Source: Eledone cirrhosa
Taxonomy: Eukaryota
Direction of reading: 5' to 3'
Assembly (NCBI GenBank): GCA_964016885.1
Contig: OZ024744.1
Coordinates: 109,802,001-109,866,000 of the forward strand
Length of the DNA stretch: 64,000 bases
The notes under the pieces were generated by a model, which saw only the letters and a list, made by a program, of their open reading frames with translations, was not told the DNA's origin and did no database searches. The position numbers and the translations under genes were made by a program. Shown here piece by piece: positions 18,934 to 33,900 of this stretch (the first letter of the stretch is position 1; every line of letters starts with the position of its first letter).

Positions 18934-21900
18934 CATGTCTCTCTTCCTCTCTGTCCATGTGTCTCTACCTCTCTGTCTATGTCTCTCTACCTCTCTGTCC
19001 ATGTGTCTCTACCTCTCTGTCCCTGTGTCTCTACCTCTCTGTCCATGTGTCTCTACCTCTCTGTCCATGTCTCTCTACCTCTCTGTCCATGTGTCTCTAC
19101 CTCTCTGTCCATGTCTCTCTACCTCTCTGTCCCTGTGTCTCTACCTCTCTGTCCATGTGTCTCTACCTCTCTGTCCATGTGTCTCTACCTCTCTGTCCCT
19201 GTGTCTCTACCTCTCTGTCCATGTGTCTCTACCTCTCTGTCCATGTCTCTCTACCTCTCTGTCCATGTGTCTCTACCTCTCTGTCCATGTCTCTCTACCT
19301 CTCTGTCCATGTGTCTCTACCTCTCTGTCTATGTCTCTCTACCTCACTGTACATGTCTCTCTACCTCTCTGTCCATGTCTCTCTACCTCACTGTCCATGT
19401 GTCTCTACCTCTCTGTCCCTGTGTCTCTACCTCTCTGTCCCTGTGTCTCTATCTCACTGTCCATGTCTCTCTACCTCTCTGTCCCTGTGTCTCTACCTCT
19501 CTGTCCCTGTGTCTCTACCTCTCTGTCCCTGTGTCTCTACCTCACTGTCCATGTCTCTCTACCTCACTGTCCATGTCTCTCTACCTCTCTGTCCCTGTCT
19601 CTCTACCTCTCTGTCCCTGTGTCTCTACCTCTCTGTCCATGTGTCTCTACCTCTCTGTCCCTGTGTCTCTACCTCTCTGTCCCTGTGTCTCTACCTCACT
19701 GTCCCTGTCTCTCTACCTTTCTTTCCCTGTGTCTCTACCTCTCTGTCCATGTCTCTCTACCTCTCTGTCCATGTCTCTCTACCTCTCTGTCCCTGTGTCT
19801 CTACCTCACTGTCCATGTGTCTCTACCTCTCTGTCCATGTCTCTCTACCTCACTGTCCCTGTGTCTCTACCTCTCTGTCCATGTGTCTCTACCTCACTGT
19901 CCATGTGTCTCTACCTCTCTGTCCCTGTGTCTCTACCTCTCTGTCCATGTGTCTCTACCTCACTGTCCCTGTGTCTCTAACTCACTGTCCATGTCTCTCT
20001 ACCTCTCTGTCCCTGTGTCTCTACCTCTCTGTCCCTGTGCCTCTACCTCACTGTCCATGTCTCTCTACCTCTCTGTCCCTGTCTCTCTACCTCACTGTCC
20101 ATGTGTCTCTACCTCTCTGTCCCTGTGTCTCTACCTCACTGTCCATGTGTCTCTACCTCTCTGTCCCTGTCTCTCTACCTCTCTGTCCCTGTGTCTCTAC
20201 CTCTCTGTCCCTGTGTCTCTACCTCTCTGTCCCTGTGTCTCTACCTCTCTGTCCATGTCTCTCTACCTCTCTGTCCATGTCTCTCTACCTCACTGTCCAT
20301 GTGTCTCTACCTCTCTGTCCCTGTGTCTCTACCTCACTGTCCCTGTGTCTCTACCTCTCTGTCCATGTGTCTCTACCTCACTGTCCATGTCTCTCTACCT
20401 CTCTGTCCCTGTGTCTCTACCTCTCTGTCCATGTCTCTCTACCTCTCTGTCCCTGTGTCTCTAACTCTCTGTCCCCGTGTCTCTACCTCTCTGTCCCTGT
20501 GTCTCTACCTCACTGTCCATGTGTCTCTACCTCACTGTCCATGTGTCTCTACCTCTCTGTCCCTGTGTCTCTACTTCTCTGTCCATGTCTCTCTACCTCT
20601 CTGTCCATGTGTCTCTACCTCACTGTCCATGTGTCTCTACCTCACTGTCCATGTGTCTCTACCTCTCTGTCTATGTGTCTCTACCTCTCTGTCCATGTGT
20701 CTCTACCTCACTGTCCCTGTGTCTCTACCTCACTGTCCCTGTGTCTCTACCTCTCTGTCCCTGTGTCTCTACCTCTCTGTCCCTGTGTCTCTACCTCTCT
20801 GTCCATGGCTCTCTACCTCTCTGTCCATGTGTCACTACCTCTCTGTCCCTGTGTCTCTACATCTCTGTCCCTGTATCTCTACCTCTCTGTCTATGTCTCT
20901 CTACCTCTCTGTCCATGTCTCTCTACCTCTCTGTCCCTGTGTCTCTACCTCTCTGTCCCTGTCTCTCTACCTCTCTGTCCCTGTATCTCTACCTCTCTGT
21001 CCATGTGTCTCTACCTCTCTGTCCATGTCTCTCTACCTCTCTGTCTATGTCTCTCTACCTCTCTGTCCATGTCTCTCTACCTCTCTGTCCATGTCTCTCT
21101 ACCTCACTGTCCATGTGTCTCTACCTCACTGTCCCTGTGTCTCTACCTCTCTGTCCCTGTGTCTCTACCTCTCTGTCCATGTGTCTCTACCTCTCTGTCC
21201 ATGTGTCTCTACCTCACTGTCCATGTGTCTCTACCTCACTGTCCATGTGTCTCTACCTCTCTGTCCCTGTGTCTCTACCTCTCTGTCCATGTGTCTGTAC
21301 CTTTCTGTCCATGTGTCTCTACCTCACTGTCCATGTCTCTCTACCTCTCTGTCCCTGTGTCTCTACCTCTCTGTCCATGTGTCTCTACCTCACTGTCCAT
21401 GTCTCTCTACCTCTCTGTCCCTGTCTCTCTACCTCTCTGTCCCTGTGTATGTACCTCTCTGTCCATGTGTCTCTACCTTACTGTCCATGTCTCTCTACCT
21501 CTCTGTCCCTGTGTCTCTACCTCTCTGTCCATGTGTCTCTACCTCTCTGTCCCTGTCTCTCTACCTCTCTGTCCCTGTGTCTCTACCTCACTGTCCCTGT
21601 GTCTCTACCTCTCTGTCCATGTGTATCTACCTCTCTGTCCCTGTGTCTCTACCTCTCTGTCCCTGTGTCTCTACCTCACTGTCCATGTGTCTCTACCTCT
21701 CTGTCCATGTGTCTCTACTTCTCTGTCCATGTCTCTCTACCTCTCTGTCCATGTCTCTCTACCTCTCTGTCCCTGTGTCTCTACCTCACTGTCCATGTCT
21801 CTCTACCTCACTGTCCCTGTGTCTCTACCTCACTGTCCATGTGTCTCTACCTCTCTGTCCATGTGTCTCTACCTCACTGTCCCTGTCTCTCTACCTCTCT

Positions 21901-24900
21901 GTCCATGTGTCTCTACCTCTCTGTCCATGTGTCTCTACCTCACTGTCTATGTCTCTCTACCTCTCTGTCCCTGTGTCTCTACCTCACTGTCCATGTGTCT
22001 CTACCTCTCTGTCCATGTGTCTCTACCTCACTGTCCATGTGTCTCTACCTCACTGTCCATGTGTCTCTACCTCTCTGTCCATGTGTCTCTACCTCTCTGT
22101 CCCTGTGTCTCTACCTCACTGTCCATGTCTCTCTACCTCTCTGTCCCTGTGTCTCTACCTCTCTGTCCCTGTGTCTCTACCTCTCTGTCCATGTCTCTCT
22201 ACCTCTCTGTCCCTGTGTCTCTAACTCTCTGTCCCCGTGTCTCTACCTCTCTGTCCCTGTGTCTCTACCTCACTGTCCATGTGTCTCTACCTCACTGTCC
22301 ATGTGTCTCTACCTCTCTGTCCCTGTGTCTCTACTTCTCTGTCCATGTCTCTCTACCTCTCTGTCCATGTGTCTCTACCTCTCTGTCCATGTGTCTCTAC
22401 CTCACTGTCCATGTGTCTCTACCTCACTGTCCATGTGTCTCTACCTCTCTGTCTATGTGTCTCTACCTCTCTGTCCATGTGTCTCTACCTCACTGTCCCT
22501 GTGTCTCTACCTCACTGTCCCTGTGTCTCTACCTCTCTGTCCCTGTGTCTCTACCTCTCTGTCCCTGTGTCTCTACCTCTCTGTCCATGGCTCTCTACCT
22601 CTCTGTCCATGTGTCACTACCTCTCTGTCCCTGTGTCTCTACATCTCTGTCCCTGTATCTCTACCTCTCTGTCTATGTCTCTCTACCTCTCTGTCCATGT
22701 CTCTCTACCTCTCTGTCCCTGTGTCTCTACCTCTCTGTCCCTGTCTCTCTACCTCTCTGTCCCTGTATCTCTACCTCTCTGTCCATGTGTCTCTACCTCT
22801 CTGTCCATGTCTCTCTACCTCTCTGTCTATGTCTCTCTACCTCTCTGTCCATGTCTCTCTACCTCTCTGTCCATGTCTCTCTACCTCACTGTCCATGTGT
22901 CTCTACCTCACTGTCCCTGTGTCTCTACCTCTCTGTCCCTGTGTCTCTACCTCTCTGTCCATGTGTCTCTACCTCTCTGTCCATGTGTCTCTACCTCACT
23001 GTCCATGTGTCTCTACCTCACTGTCCATGTGTCTCTACCTCTCTGTCCCTGTGTCTCTACCTCTCTGTCCATGTGTCTGTACCTTTCTGTCCATGTGTCT
23101 CTACCTCACTGTCCATGTCTCTCTACCTCTCTGTCCCTGTGTCTCTACCTCTCTGTCCATGTGTCTCTACCTCACTGTCCATGTCTCTCTACCTCTCTGT
23201 CCCTGTCTCTCTACCTCTCTGTCCCTGTGTATGTACCTCTCTGTCCATGTGTCTCTACCTTACTGTCCATGTCTCTCTACCTCTCTGTCCCTGTGTCTCT
23301 ACCTCTCTGTCCATGTGTCTCTACCTCTCTGTCCCTGTCTCTCTACCTCTCTGTCCCTGTGTCTCTACCTCACTGTCCCTGTGTCTCTACCTCTCTGTCC
23401 ATGTGTATCTACCTCTCTGTCCCTGTGTCTCTGCCTCTCTGTCCCTGTGTCTCTACCTCACTGTCCATGTGTCTCTACCTCTCTGTCCATGTGTCTCTAC
23501 TTCTCTGTCCATGTCTCTCTACCTCTCTGTCCATGTCTCTCTACCTCTCTGTCCCTGTGTCTCTACCTCACTGTCCATGTCTCTCTACCTCACTGTCCCT
23601 GTGTCTCTACCTCACTGTCCATGTGTCTCTACCTCTCTGTCCATGTGTCTCTACCTCACTGTCCCTGTCTCTCTACCTCTCTGTCCATGTGTCTCTACCT
23701 CTCTGTCCATGTGTCTCTACCTCTCTGTCCATGTCTCTCTACCTCTCTGTCCCTGTGTCTCTACCTCTCTGTCCATGTCTCTCTACCTCTCTGTCCCTGT
23801 CTCTCTACCTCTCTGTACATGTCTCTCTACCTCTCTGTCCCTGTGTCTCTACCTCTCTGTCCATGTGTCTCTACCTCTCTGTCCCTGTGTCTCTACCTCT
23901 CTGTCCATGTGTCTCTTCCTCTCTGTCCATGTGTCTCTACCTCCCTGTCCCTGTATCTCTACCTCTCAGTCCATGTGTCTCTACCTCTCTGTCCCTGTGT
24001 CTCTACCTCACTGTCCATGTGTCTCTACCTCTCTGTACCTGTGTCTCTACCTCTCTGTCCATGTCTCTCTACCTCTCTGTCCCTGTGTCTCTACCTCTCT
24101 GTCCATGTGTCTCTACCTCTCTGTCCCCGTGTCTCTACCTCTCTGTCCATGTGTCTCTACCTCTCTGACCATGTGTCGCTACCTCTCTGTCCATGTCTCT
24201 CTACCTCTCTGTCCCTGTCTCTCTACCTCACTGTCCCTGTATCTCTACCTCTCTGTCCCTGTGTCTCTACCTCTCTGTCCCTGTATCTCTACCTCTCTGT
24301 CCATGTCTCTCTACCTCTCTGTCCCTGTATCTCTACCTCTCTGTCCCTGTGTCTCTACCTCTCTGTCCCTGTGTCTCTACCTCTCTGTCCATGTCTCTCT
24401 ACCTCTCTGTCCATGCCTCTCTACCTCTCTGTCCCTGTGTCTCTACCTCTCTGTCCCTGTGTCTCTACCTCTCTGTCCATGTGTCTCTACCTCACTGTCC
24501 ATGTGTCTCTACCTCACTGTCCATGTGTCTCTACCTCTCTGTCCATGTGTCTCTACCTCTCTGTCCATGTGTCTCTAACTCTATGTCCCTGTGTCTCTAC
24601 CTCACTGTCCATGTGTCTCTACCTCTCTGTCCATGCCTCTCTACCTCTCTGTCCCTTTGTCTCTACCTCTCTGTCCCTGTGTCTCTACCTCTCTGTCCAT
24701 GTGTCTCTACCTCACTGTCCATGTGTCTCTACCTCTCTGTCCATGTGTCTCTACCTCTCTGTCCCTGTGTCTCTACCTCTCTGTCCCTGTCTCTCTACCT
24801 CTCTGTCCCTGTCTCTCTACCTCTCTGTCCCTGTCTCTACCTCTCTGTCCATGTCTCTCTACCTCACTGTCCCTGTGTCTCTACCTCTCTGTCCATGTCT

Positions 24901-27900
24901 CTCTACCTCTCTGTCCATGTCTCTCTACCTCACTGTCCCTGTGTCTCTACCTCACTGTCCATGTGTCTCTACCTCTCTGTCCCTGTGTCTCTACCTCTCT
25001 GTCCATGTGTCTCTACCTCTCTGTCCATGTCTCTCTACCTCTCTGTCCATGTCTCTCTACCTATCTGTCCATGTGTCTCTACCTCTCTGTCCATGTCTCT
25101 CTACCTCTCTGTCCATGTCTCTCTACCTCTCTGTCCCTGTGTCTCTACCTCTCTGTCCCTGTGTCTCCACCTCTCTGTCCCTGTGTCTCTACCTCTCTGT
25201 CCCTGTGTCTCTACCTCTCTGTCCATGTCTCTCTACCTATCTGTCCATGTGTCTCTACCTCTCTGTCCATGTCTCTCTACCTCTCTGTCCATGTCTCTCT
25301 ACCTCTCTGTCCCTGTGTCTCTACCTCTCTGTACATGTGTCTCTACCTCTCTGTCCCTGTGTCTCTACCTCTCTGTCCCTGTGTCTCTACCTCTCTGTCC
25401 ATGTGTCTCTACCTCACTGTCCATGTGTCTCTACCTCTCTGTCCATGTGTCTCTACCTCTCTGTCCCTGTGTCTCTACCTCTCTGTCCCTGTCTCTCTAC
25501 CTCTCTGTCCCTGTGTCTCTACCTCTCTGTCCCTGTGTCTCTACCTCACTGTCCCTGTGTCTCTACCTCACTGTCCATGTGTCTCTACCTCTCTGTCCCT
25601 GTGTCTCTACCTCTCTGTCCATGTGTCTCTACCTCTCTGTCCATGTCTCTCTACCTCTCTGTCCATGACTCTCTACCTATCTGTCCATGTGTCTCTACCT
25701 CTCTGTCCATGTCTCTCTACTTCTCTGTCCATGTCTCTCTACCTCTCTGTCCCTGTGTCTCTACCTCTCTGTCCCTGTGTCTCCACCTCTCTGTCCCTGT
25801 GTCTCTACCTCTCTGTCCCTGTGTCTCTACCTCACTGTCCATTTCTCTCTACCTCACTGTCCATGTGTCTCTACCTCTCTGTCCATGTGTCTCTACCACC
25901 CTGTCCCTGTCTCTACCTCTCTGTCCCTGTGTCTCTACCTCTCTGTCCCTGTGTCTCTACCTCTCTGTCCCTGTGTCTGTACCTCTCTGTCCATGTGTCT
26001 CTACCTCTCTGTCCATGTGTCTCTACCTCTCTGTCCATGTGTCTCTACCTCTCTGTCCATGTGTCTCTACCTCTCTGTCCATGTGTCTCTACCTCTCTGT
26101 CCCTGTGTCTCTACCTCACTGTCCATGTGTCTCTACCTCACTGTCCATGTGTCTCTACCTCTCTGTCCCTATGTCTCTACCTCACTGTCCATGTGTCTCT
26201 ACCTCACTGTCGATGTGTCTCTACCTCTCTGTCCATGTGTCTCTACCTCTCTGTCCCTGTGTCTCTACCTAAATGTCCATGTGTCTCTACCTCTCTGTCC
26301 ATGTGTCTCTACCTCTCTGTCCCTGTGTCTCTACCTCACTGTCCATGTGTCTCTACCTCACTGTCCACGTGTCTCTACCTCTCTGTCCATGTGTCTCTAC
26401 CTCTCTGTCCATGTCTCTCTACCTCTCTGTCCCTGTGTCTCTACCTCTCTGTCCCTGTGTCTCTACCTCTCTGTCCATGTGTCTCTACCTCTCTGTCCCT
26501 GTGTCTCTACCTCTCTGTCCATGTGTCTCTACCTCTCTGTCCATGTCTCTCTACCTCTCTGTCCATGTCTCTCTACCACTCTGTCCCTGTGTCTCTACCT
26601 CTCTGTCCCTGTGTCTCTACATCTCTGTCCCTGTGTCTCTACCTCTCGGTCCTTGTGTCTCTACATCTCTGTCCCTGTATCTCTACCTCTCTGTCCCTGT
26701 GTCTCTACCTCTCTGTCCCTGTGTCTCTACCTCACTGTCCCTGTGTCTCTACCTCTCTGTCCACGTGTCTCTACCTCACTGTCCCTGTGTCTCTACCTCT
26801 ATGTCCATGTGTCTCTACCTCTCTGTCCATGTGTCTCTACCTCTCTGTCCATGTGTCTCTACCTCTCTGTCCAAGTGTGTCTACCTCTCTGTCCATGTGT
26901 CTCTACCTCTCTGTCCATGTCTCTCTACCTCTCTGTCCCTGTGTCTCTACCTCACTGTCCATGTGTCTCTATTTCTCTGTCCATGTGTCTCTACCTCTCT
27001 GTACCTGTGTCTCTACCTCACTGTCCATGTGTTTCTACCTCTCTGTCCATGTGTCTCTACCTCTCTGTCCATGTGTCTCTACCTCTCTGTCCATGTGTCT
27101 CTACCTCTCTGTCCCTGTGTCTCTACCTCTCTGTCCATGTGTCTCTACCTCTCTGTCCATGTGTCTCTACCTCCCTGTTCCTGTCTCTACCTCTCTGTCC
27201 CTGTCTCTCTACCTCACTGTCCATGTCTCTCTACCTCTCTGTCCATGTGTCTCTACCTCTCTGTCCCTGTGTCTCTACCTCTCTGTCCCTGTCTCTACGT
27301 CTCTGTCCCTGTGTCTCTACCTCTCTGTTCATGTCTCTATACCTCCCTGTCCCTGTCTCTACCTCTCTGTCCATGTGTCTCTACCTCACTGTCCATGTCT
27401 CTCTACCTCTCTGTCCATGTCTCTCTACCTCTCTGTCCCTGTGTCTCTACCTCTCTGTCCCTGTCTCTCTACATCTCTGTCCCTGTGTCTCTACCTCACT
27501 GTCCCTGTGTCGCTACCTCACTGTACATGTGTCTCTACCTCTCTGTCCATGTGTCTCTACCTCTCTGTCCATGTCTCTCTACCTCTCTGTCCATGTGTCT
27601 CTTCCTCTCTGTCCCTGTGTCTCTACCTCTCTGTCCATGTGTCTCTACCTCCCTGTCCCTGTCTCTACCTCTCTGTCCCTGTGTCTCTACCTCTCTGTCC
27701 ATGTGTCTCTACCTCTCTGTCCATGTCTCTCTACCTCTCTGTCCATGAGTCTCTACCTATCTGTCCATGTGTCTCTACCTCTCTGTCCCTGTCTCTCTAC
27801 CTCTCTGTCCCTGTGTCTCTACTTCTCTGTCCCTGTGTCTCTACCTCACTGTCCCTGTGTCTCTACCTCACTGTCCATGTGTCTCTACCTCTCTGTCCCT

Positions 27901-30900
27901 GTGTCTCTACCTCTCTGTCCCTGTGTCTCTACCTCTCTACCTCTCTGTCCATGTGTCTCTACCTCTCTGTCCATGTCTCTCTACCTCTCTGTCCATGTGT
28001 CTCTACCTCTCTGTCCATGTCTCTCTACTTCTCTGTCCATGTCTCTCTACCTCTCTGTCCCTGTGTCTCTACCTCTCTGTCCCTGTGTCTCCACCTCTCT
28101 GTCCCTGTGTCTCTACCTCTCTGTCCCTGTGTCTCTACCTCACTGTCCATGTCTCTCTACCTCACTGTCCATGTGTCTCTACCTCTCTGTCCATGTGTCT
28201 CTACCTCCCTGTCCCTGTCTCTACCTCTCTGTCCCTGTGTCTCTACCTCTCTGTCCCTGTGTCTCTACCTCTCTGTCCCTGTGTCTGTACCTCTCTGTCC
28301 ATGTGTCTCTACCTCTCTGTCCATGTGTCTCTACCTCTCTGTCCATGTGTCTCTACCTCTCTGTCCATGTGTCTCTACCTCTCTGTCCATGTGTCTCTAC
28401 CTCTCTGTCCCTGTGTCTCTACCTCACTGTCCATGTGTCTCTACCTCACTGTCCATGTGTCTCTACCTCTCTGTCCCTGTGTCTCTACCTCACTGTCCAT
28501 GTGTCTCTACCTCACTGTCCATGTGTCTCTACCTCTCTGTCCATGTGTCTCTACCTCTCTGTCCCTGTGTCTCTACCTCACTGTCCATGTGTCTCTACCT
28601 CTCTGTCCATGTGTCTCTACCTCTCTGTCCCTGTGTCTCTACCTCACTGTGCATGTGTCTCTACCTCACTGTCCATTTGTCTCTACCTCTCTGTCCATGT
28701 GTCTCTACCTCTCTGTCCATGTATCTCTACCTCTCTGTCCCTGTGTCTCTACCTCTCTGTCCCTGTGTCTCTACCTCTCTGTCCATGTGTCTCTACCTCT
28801 CTGTCCCTGTGTCTCTACCTCTCTGTCCATGTGTCTCTACCTCTCTGTCCATGTCTCTCTACCTCTCTGTCCATGTCTCTCTACCACTCTGTCCCTGTGT
28901 CTCTACCTCTCTGTCCCTGTGTCTCTACATCTCTGTCCCTGTGTGTCTACCTCTCTGTCCTTGTATCTCTACCTCTCTGTCCATGTGTCTCTACCTCTCT
29001 GTCCATGTGTCTCTACCTCTCTGTCCATGTGTCTCTACCTCTCTGTCCAAGTGTCTCTACCTCACTGTCCCTGTGTCTCTACCTCTCTGTCCATGTGTCT
29101 CTACCTCTCTGTCCATGTGTCTCTACCTCTCTGTCCATGTGTCTCTACCTCTCTGTCCATGTGTCTCTACCTCTCTGTCCAAGTGTCTCTACCTCACTGT
29201 CCCTGTGTCTCTACCTCTCTGTCCACATGTCTCTACCTCACTGTCCCTGTGTCTCTACCTCTCTGTCCATGTGTCTCTACCTCTCTGTCCATGTGTCTCT
29301 ACCTCTATGTCCATGTGTCTCTACCTCTCTGTCCATGTGTCTCTACCTCTCTGTCCATGTGTCTCTACCTCTCTGTCCAAGTGTGTCTACCTCTCTGTCC
29401 ATGTGTCTCTACCTCTCTGTCCATGTCTCTCTACCTCTCTGTCCCTGTGTCTCTACCTCATTGTCCATGTGTCTCTATTTCTCTGTCCACGTGTCTCTAC
29501 CTCTCTGTACCTGTGTCTCTACCTCACTGTCCATGTGTTTCTACCTCTCTGTCCATGTGTCTCTACCTCTCTGTCCATGTGTCTCTACCTCTCTGTCCAT
29601 GTGTCTCTACCTCTCTGTCCCTGTGTCTCTACCTCTCTGTCCATGTGTCTCTACCTCTCTGTCCATGTGTCTCTACCTCCCTGTTCCTGTCTCTACCTCT
29701 CTGTCCCTGTCTCTCTACCTCACTGTCCATGTCTCTCTACCTCTCTGTCCATGTGTCTCTACCTCTCTGTCCCTGTGTTTGTACCTCTCTGTCCATGTGT
29801 CTCTACCTCTCTGTCCCTGTGTCTCTACCTCTCTGTTCATGTCTCTATACCTCTCTGTCCCTGTGTCTCTACCTCTCTGTCCCTGTCTCTCTACATCTCT
29901 GTCCCTGTGTCTCTACCTCACTGTCCCTGTGTCGCTACCTCACTGTACATGTGTCTCTACCTCTCTGTCCATGTCTCTCTACCTCTCTGTCCATGTGTCT
30001 CTTCCTCTCTGTCCCTGTGTCTCTACCTCTCTGTCCATGTGTCTCTACCTCCCTGTCCCTGTCTCTACCTCTCTGTCCATGTGTCTCTACCTCACTGTCC
30101 ATGTGTCTCTACCTCACTGTCCATGTGTCTCTACCTCTCTGTCCATGTGTCTCTACCTCCCTGTCCCTGTCTCTACCTCTCTGTCCATGTCTCTCTACCT
30201 CTCTGTCCATGTGTCTCTACCTCTCTGTCCCTGTGTCTCTACCTCTCTGTCCATGTGTCTCTACCTCTCTGTCCCTGTGCCTCTACCTCTCTGTCCATGT
30301 GTCTCTACCTCTCTGTCCCTGTGTCTCTACCTCTCTGTCCTTGTGTCTCTACCTCTCTGTCCCTGTCTCTCTACCTCTCTGTCCATGTCTCTCTACCTCT
30401 CTGTCCATGTGTCTCTCTACCTCTCTGTCCCTGTGTCTCTCTAACTCTCTGTCCACGTGACTCTCTACCTCTCTGTCCCTGTGTCTCTACCTCACTGTCC
30501 ATGTCTCTCTACCTCGCTGTCCCTGTGTCTCTACCTCTCTGTCCATGTGTCTCTACCTCTCTGTCCCTGTGTCTCTACCTCTCTGTCCCTGTGTCTCTAC
30601 CTCTCTGTCCATGTGTCTCTACCTCTCTGTCCCTGTGTCTCTACCTCTCTGTCCATGTGTCTCTACCTCTCTGTCCATGTATCTCTACCTCTCTGTCCAT
30701 GTCTCTCTACCTCTCTGTCCCTGTGTCTCTACCTCTCTGTCCATGTCTCTCTACCTCACTGTCCATGTGTCTCTACCTCTCTGTCCATGTGTCTCTACCT
30801 CACTGTCCCTGTGTCTCTACCTCACTTTCCATGTCTCTCTACCTCACTGTCCCTGTGTCTCTACCTCTCTGTCCCTGTGTTTCTACCTCTCTGTCCATGT

Positions 30901-33900
30901 CTCTCTACCTCTCTGTACATGTGTCTCTACCTCTCTGTCCCTGTGTCTCTACCTCTCTCTCCCTGTATCTCTACCTCTCTGTCCCTGTGTCTCTACCTCT
31001 CTGTCCCTGTGTCTCTACCTCTCTGTCCCTGTGTCTCTACCTCTCTGTCCCTGTGTCTCTACCTCACTGTCCATATGTCTCTACCTCTTTCTCCATGTGT
31101 CTCTACATCTCTGTCCCTGTGTCACTACCTCACTGTCCCTGTCTCTCTACCTCTCTGTCTATGTCTCTCTACCTCTCTGTCCATGTCTCTCTACCTCACA
31201 GTCCATGTGTCTCTACCTCACTGTCCCTGTGTCTCTACCTCTCTGTCCCTGTGTCTCTACCTCTCTGTCCATGTGTCTCTACCTCTCTGTCCATGTGTCT
31301 CTACCTCACTGTCCATGTGTCTCTACCTCACTGTCCATGTGTCTCTACCTCCCTGTCCCTGTGTCTCTACCTCTCTGTCCATGTGTCTGTACCTCTCTGT
31401 CCATGTGTCTCTACCTCACTGTCCATGTCTCTCTACCTCTCTGTCCCTGTGTCTCTACCTCTCTGTCCATGTGTCTCTACCTCACTGTCCATGTCTCTCT
31501 ACCTCTCTGTCCCTGTCTCTCTACCTCTCTGTCCCTGTGTCTGTACCTCTCTGTCCATGTGTCTCTACCTCACTGTCCATGTCTCTCTACCTCTCTGTCC
31601 CTGTGTCTCTACCTCTCTGTCCCTGTGTCTCTACCTCTCTGTCCATGTGTCTCTACCTCTCTGTCCCTGTCTCTCTACCTCTCTGTCCCTGTGTCTCTAC
31701 CTCACTGTCCCTGTGTCTCTACCTCTCTGTCCATGTGTCTCTACCTCTCTGTCCCTGTGTCTCTACCTCTCTGTCCCTGTGTCTCTACTTCACTGTCCAT
31801 GTGTCTCTACCTCTCTGTACATGTGTCTCTACCTCTCTGTCCATGTGTCTCTACCTCATGTCCATGTCTCTCTACCTCACTGTCCCTGTGTCTCTACCTC
31901 ACTGTCCATGTGTCTCTACCTCTCAGTCCATGTGTCTCTACCTCACTGTTCCTGTCTCTCTACCTCTCTGTCCATGTGTCTCTACCTCTCTGTCCATGTG
32001 TCTCTACCTCTCTGTCCATGTCTCTCTACCTCTCTGTCCCTGTGTCTCTACCTCACTGTCCATGTCTCTCTACCTCACTGTCCCTGTGTCTCTACCTCAG
32101 TGTCCATGTGTCTCTACCTCTCTTCCATGTGTCTCTACCTCACTGTCCCTGTCTCTCTACCTCTCTGTCCATGTGTCTCTACCTCTCTGTCCATGTGTCT
32201 CTACCTCACTGTCTATGTCTCTCTACCTCTCTGTCCCTGTGTCTCTACCTCACTGTCCATGTGTCTCTACCTCTCTGTCCATGTGTCTCTACCTCACTGT
32301 CCATGTGTCTCTACCTCACTGTCCATGTGTCTCTACCTCTCTGTCCATGTGTCTCTACCTCACTGTCCATGTGTCTCTAGCTCACTGTCCATGTGTCTCT
32401 ACCTCTCTGTCCATGTGTCTCTACCTCTCTGTCCCTGTCTCTCTACCTCACTGTCCCTGTGTCTCTACCTCACTGTCCATGTGTCTCTACCTCACTGTCC
32501 ATGTGTCTCTACCTCTCTGTCCATTTGTCTCTACCTCACTGTCCATGTCTCTCTACCTCTCTGTCCATGTGTCTCTACCTCTCTGTCCCTGTCTCTCTAC
32601 CTCACTGTCCCTGTGTCTCTACCTCACTGTCCATGTGTCTCTACCTCACTGTCCATGTGTCTCTACCTCTCTGTCCATGTGTCTCTACCTCACTGTCCAT
32701 GTCTCTCTACCTCTCTGTCCATGTGTCTCTTCCTCTCTGTCCCTGGGTCTCTACCTCTCTGTCCATGTGTCTCTACCTCCCTGTCCCTGTCTCTACCTCT
32801 CTGTCCATGTGTCTCTACCTCACTGTCCATGTGTCTCTACCTCACTGTCCATGTGTCTCTACCTCTCTGTCCATGTGTCTCTACCTCCCTGTCCCTGTCT
32901 CTACCTCTCTGTCCATGTCTCTCTACCTCTCTGCCCATGTGTCTCTACCTCTCTGTCCCTGTGTCTCTACCTCTCTGTCCATGTGTCTCTACCTCTCTGT
33001 CCCTGTGTCTCTACCTCTCTGTCCATGTGTCTCTACCTCTCTGTCCCTGTGTCTCTACCTCTCTGTCCTTGTGTCTCTACCTCTCTGTCCCTGTCTCTCT
33101 ACCTCTCTGTCCATGTCTCTCTACCTCTCTGTCCATGTGTCTCTCTACCTCTCTGTCCCTGTGTCTCTCTAACTCTCTGTCCACGTGTCTCTCTACCTCT
33201 CTGTCCATGTGTCTCTGCCTCTCTGTCCATGTGTCTCTACCTCTCTGTCCATGTCTCTCTACCTCGCTGTCCATGTGTCTCTATCTCACTGTCCCTGTGT
33301 CTCTACCTCTCTGTCCATGTGTCTCTACCTCTCTGTCCCTGTGTCTCTACCTCTCTGTCCATGTGTCTCTACCTCTCTGTCCCTGTGTCTCTACCTCTCT
33401 GTCCCTGTCTCTCTACCTCTCTGTCCATGTGTCTCTACCTCTCTGTCCCTGTGTCTCTACCTCTCTGTCCATGTGTCTCTACCTCTCTGTCCCTGTCTCT
33501 CTACCTCTCTGTCCATGTGTCTCTACCTCTCTGTCCATGTCTCTCTATCTCTCTGTCCATCTCTCTCTACCTCTCTGTCCCTGTGTCTCTACCTCTCTGT
33601 CCATGTGTCTCTACCTCTCTGTCCATGTCTCTCTACCTCTCTGTCCATGTCTCTCTACCTCACTGTCCATGTCTCTCTACCTCTCTGTCCCTGTGTCTCT
33701 ACCTCTCTGTCCATGTGTCTCTACCTCTCTGTCCATGTGTCTCTACCTCTCTGTCCATGTGTCTCTACCTCACTGTCCCTGTGTCTCTCCCTCACTTTCC
33801 ATGTCTCTCTACCTCACTGTCCCTGTGTCTCTACCTCTCTGTCCCTGTGTCTCTACCTCTCTGTCCATGTCTCTCTACCTCTCTGTACATGTGTCTCTAC

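Noticed and set aside
18194-18934. Poly-TI, poly-S/F and poly-E ORFs
   Set aside because: These are translations of hexamer and TTC microsatellites.
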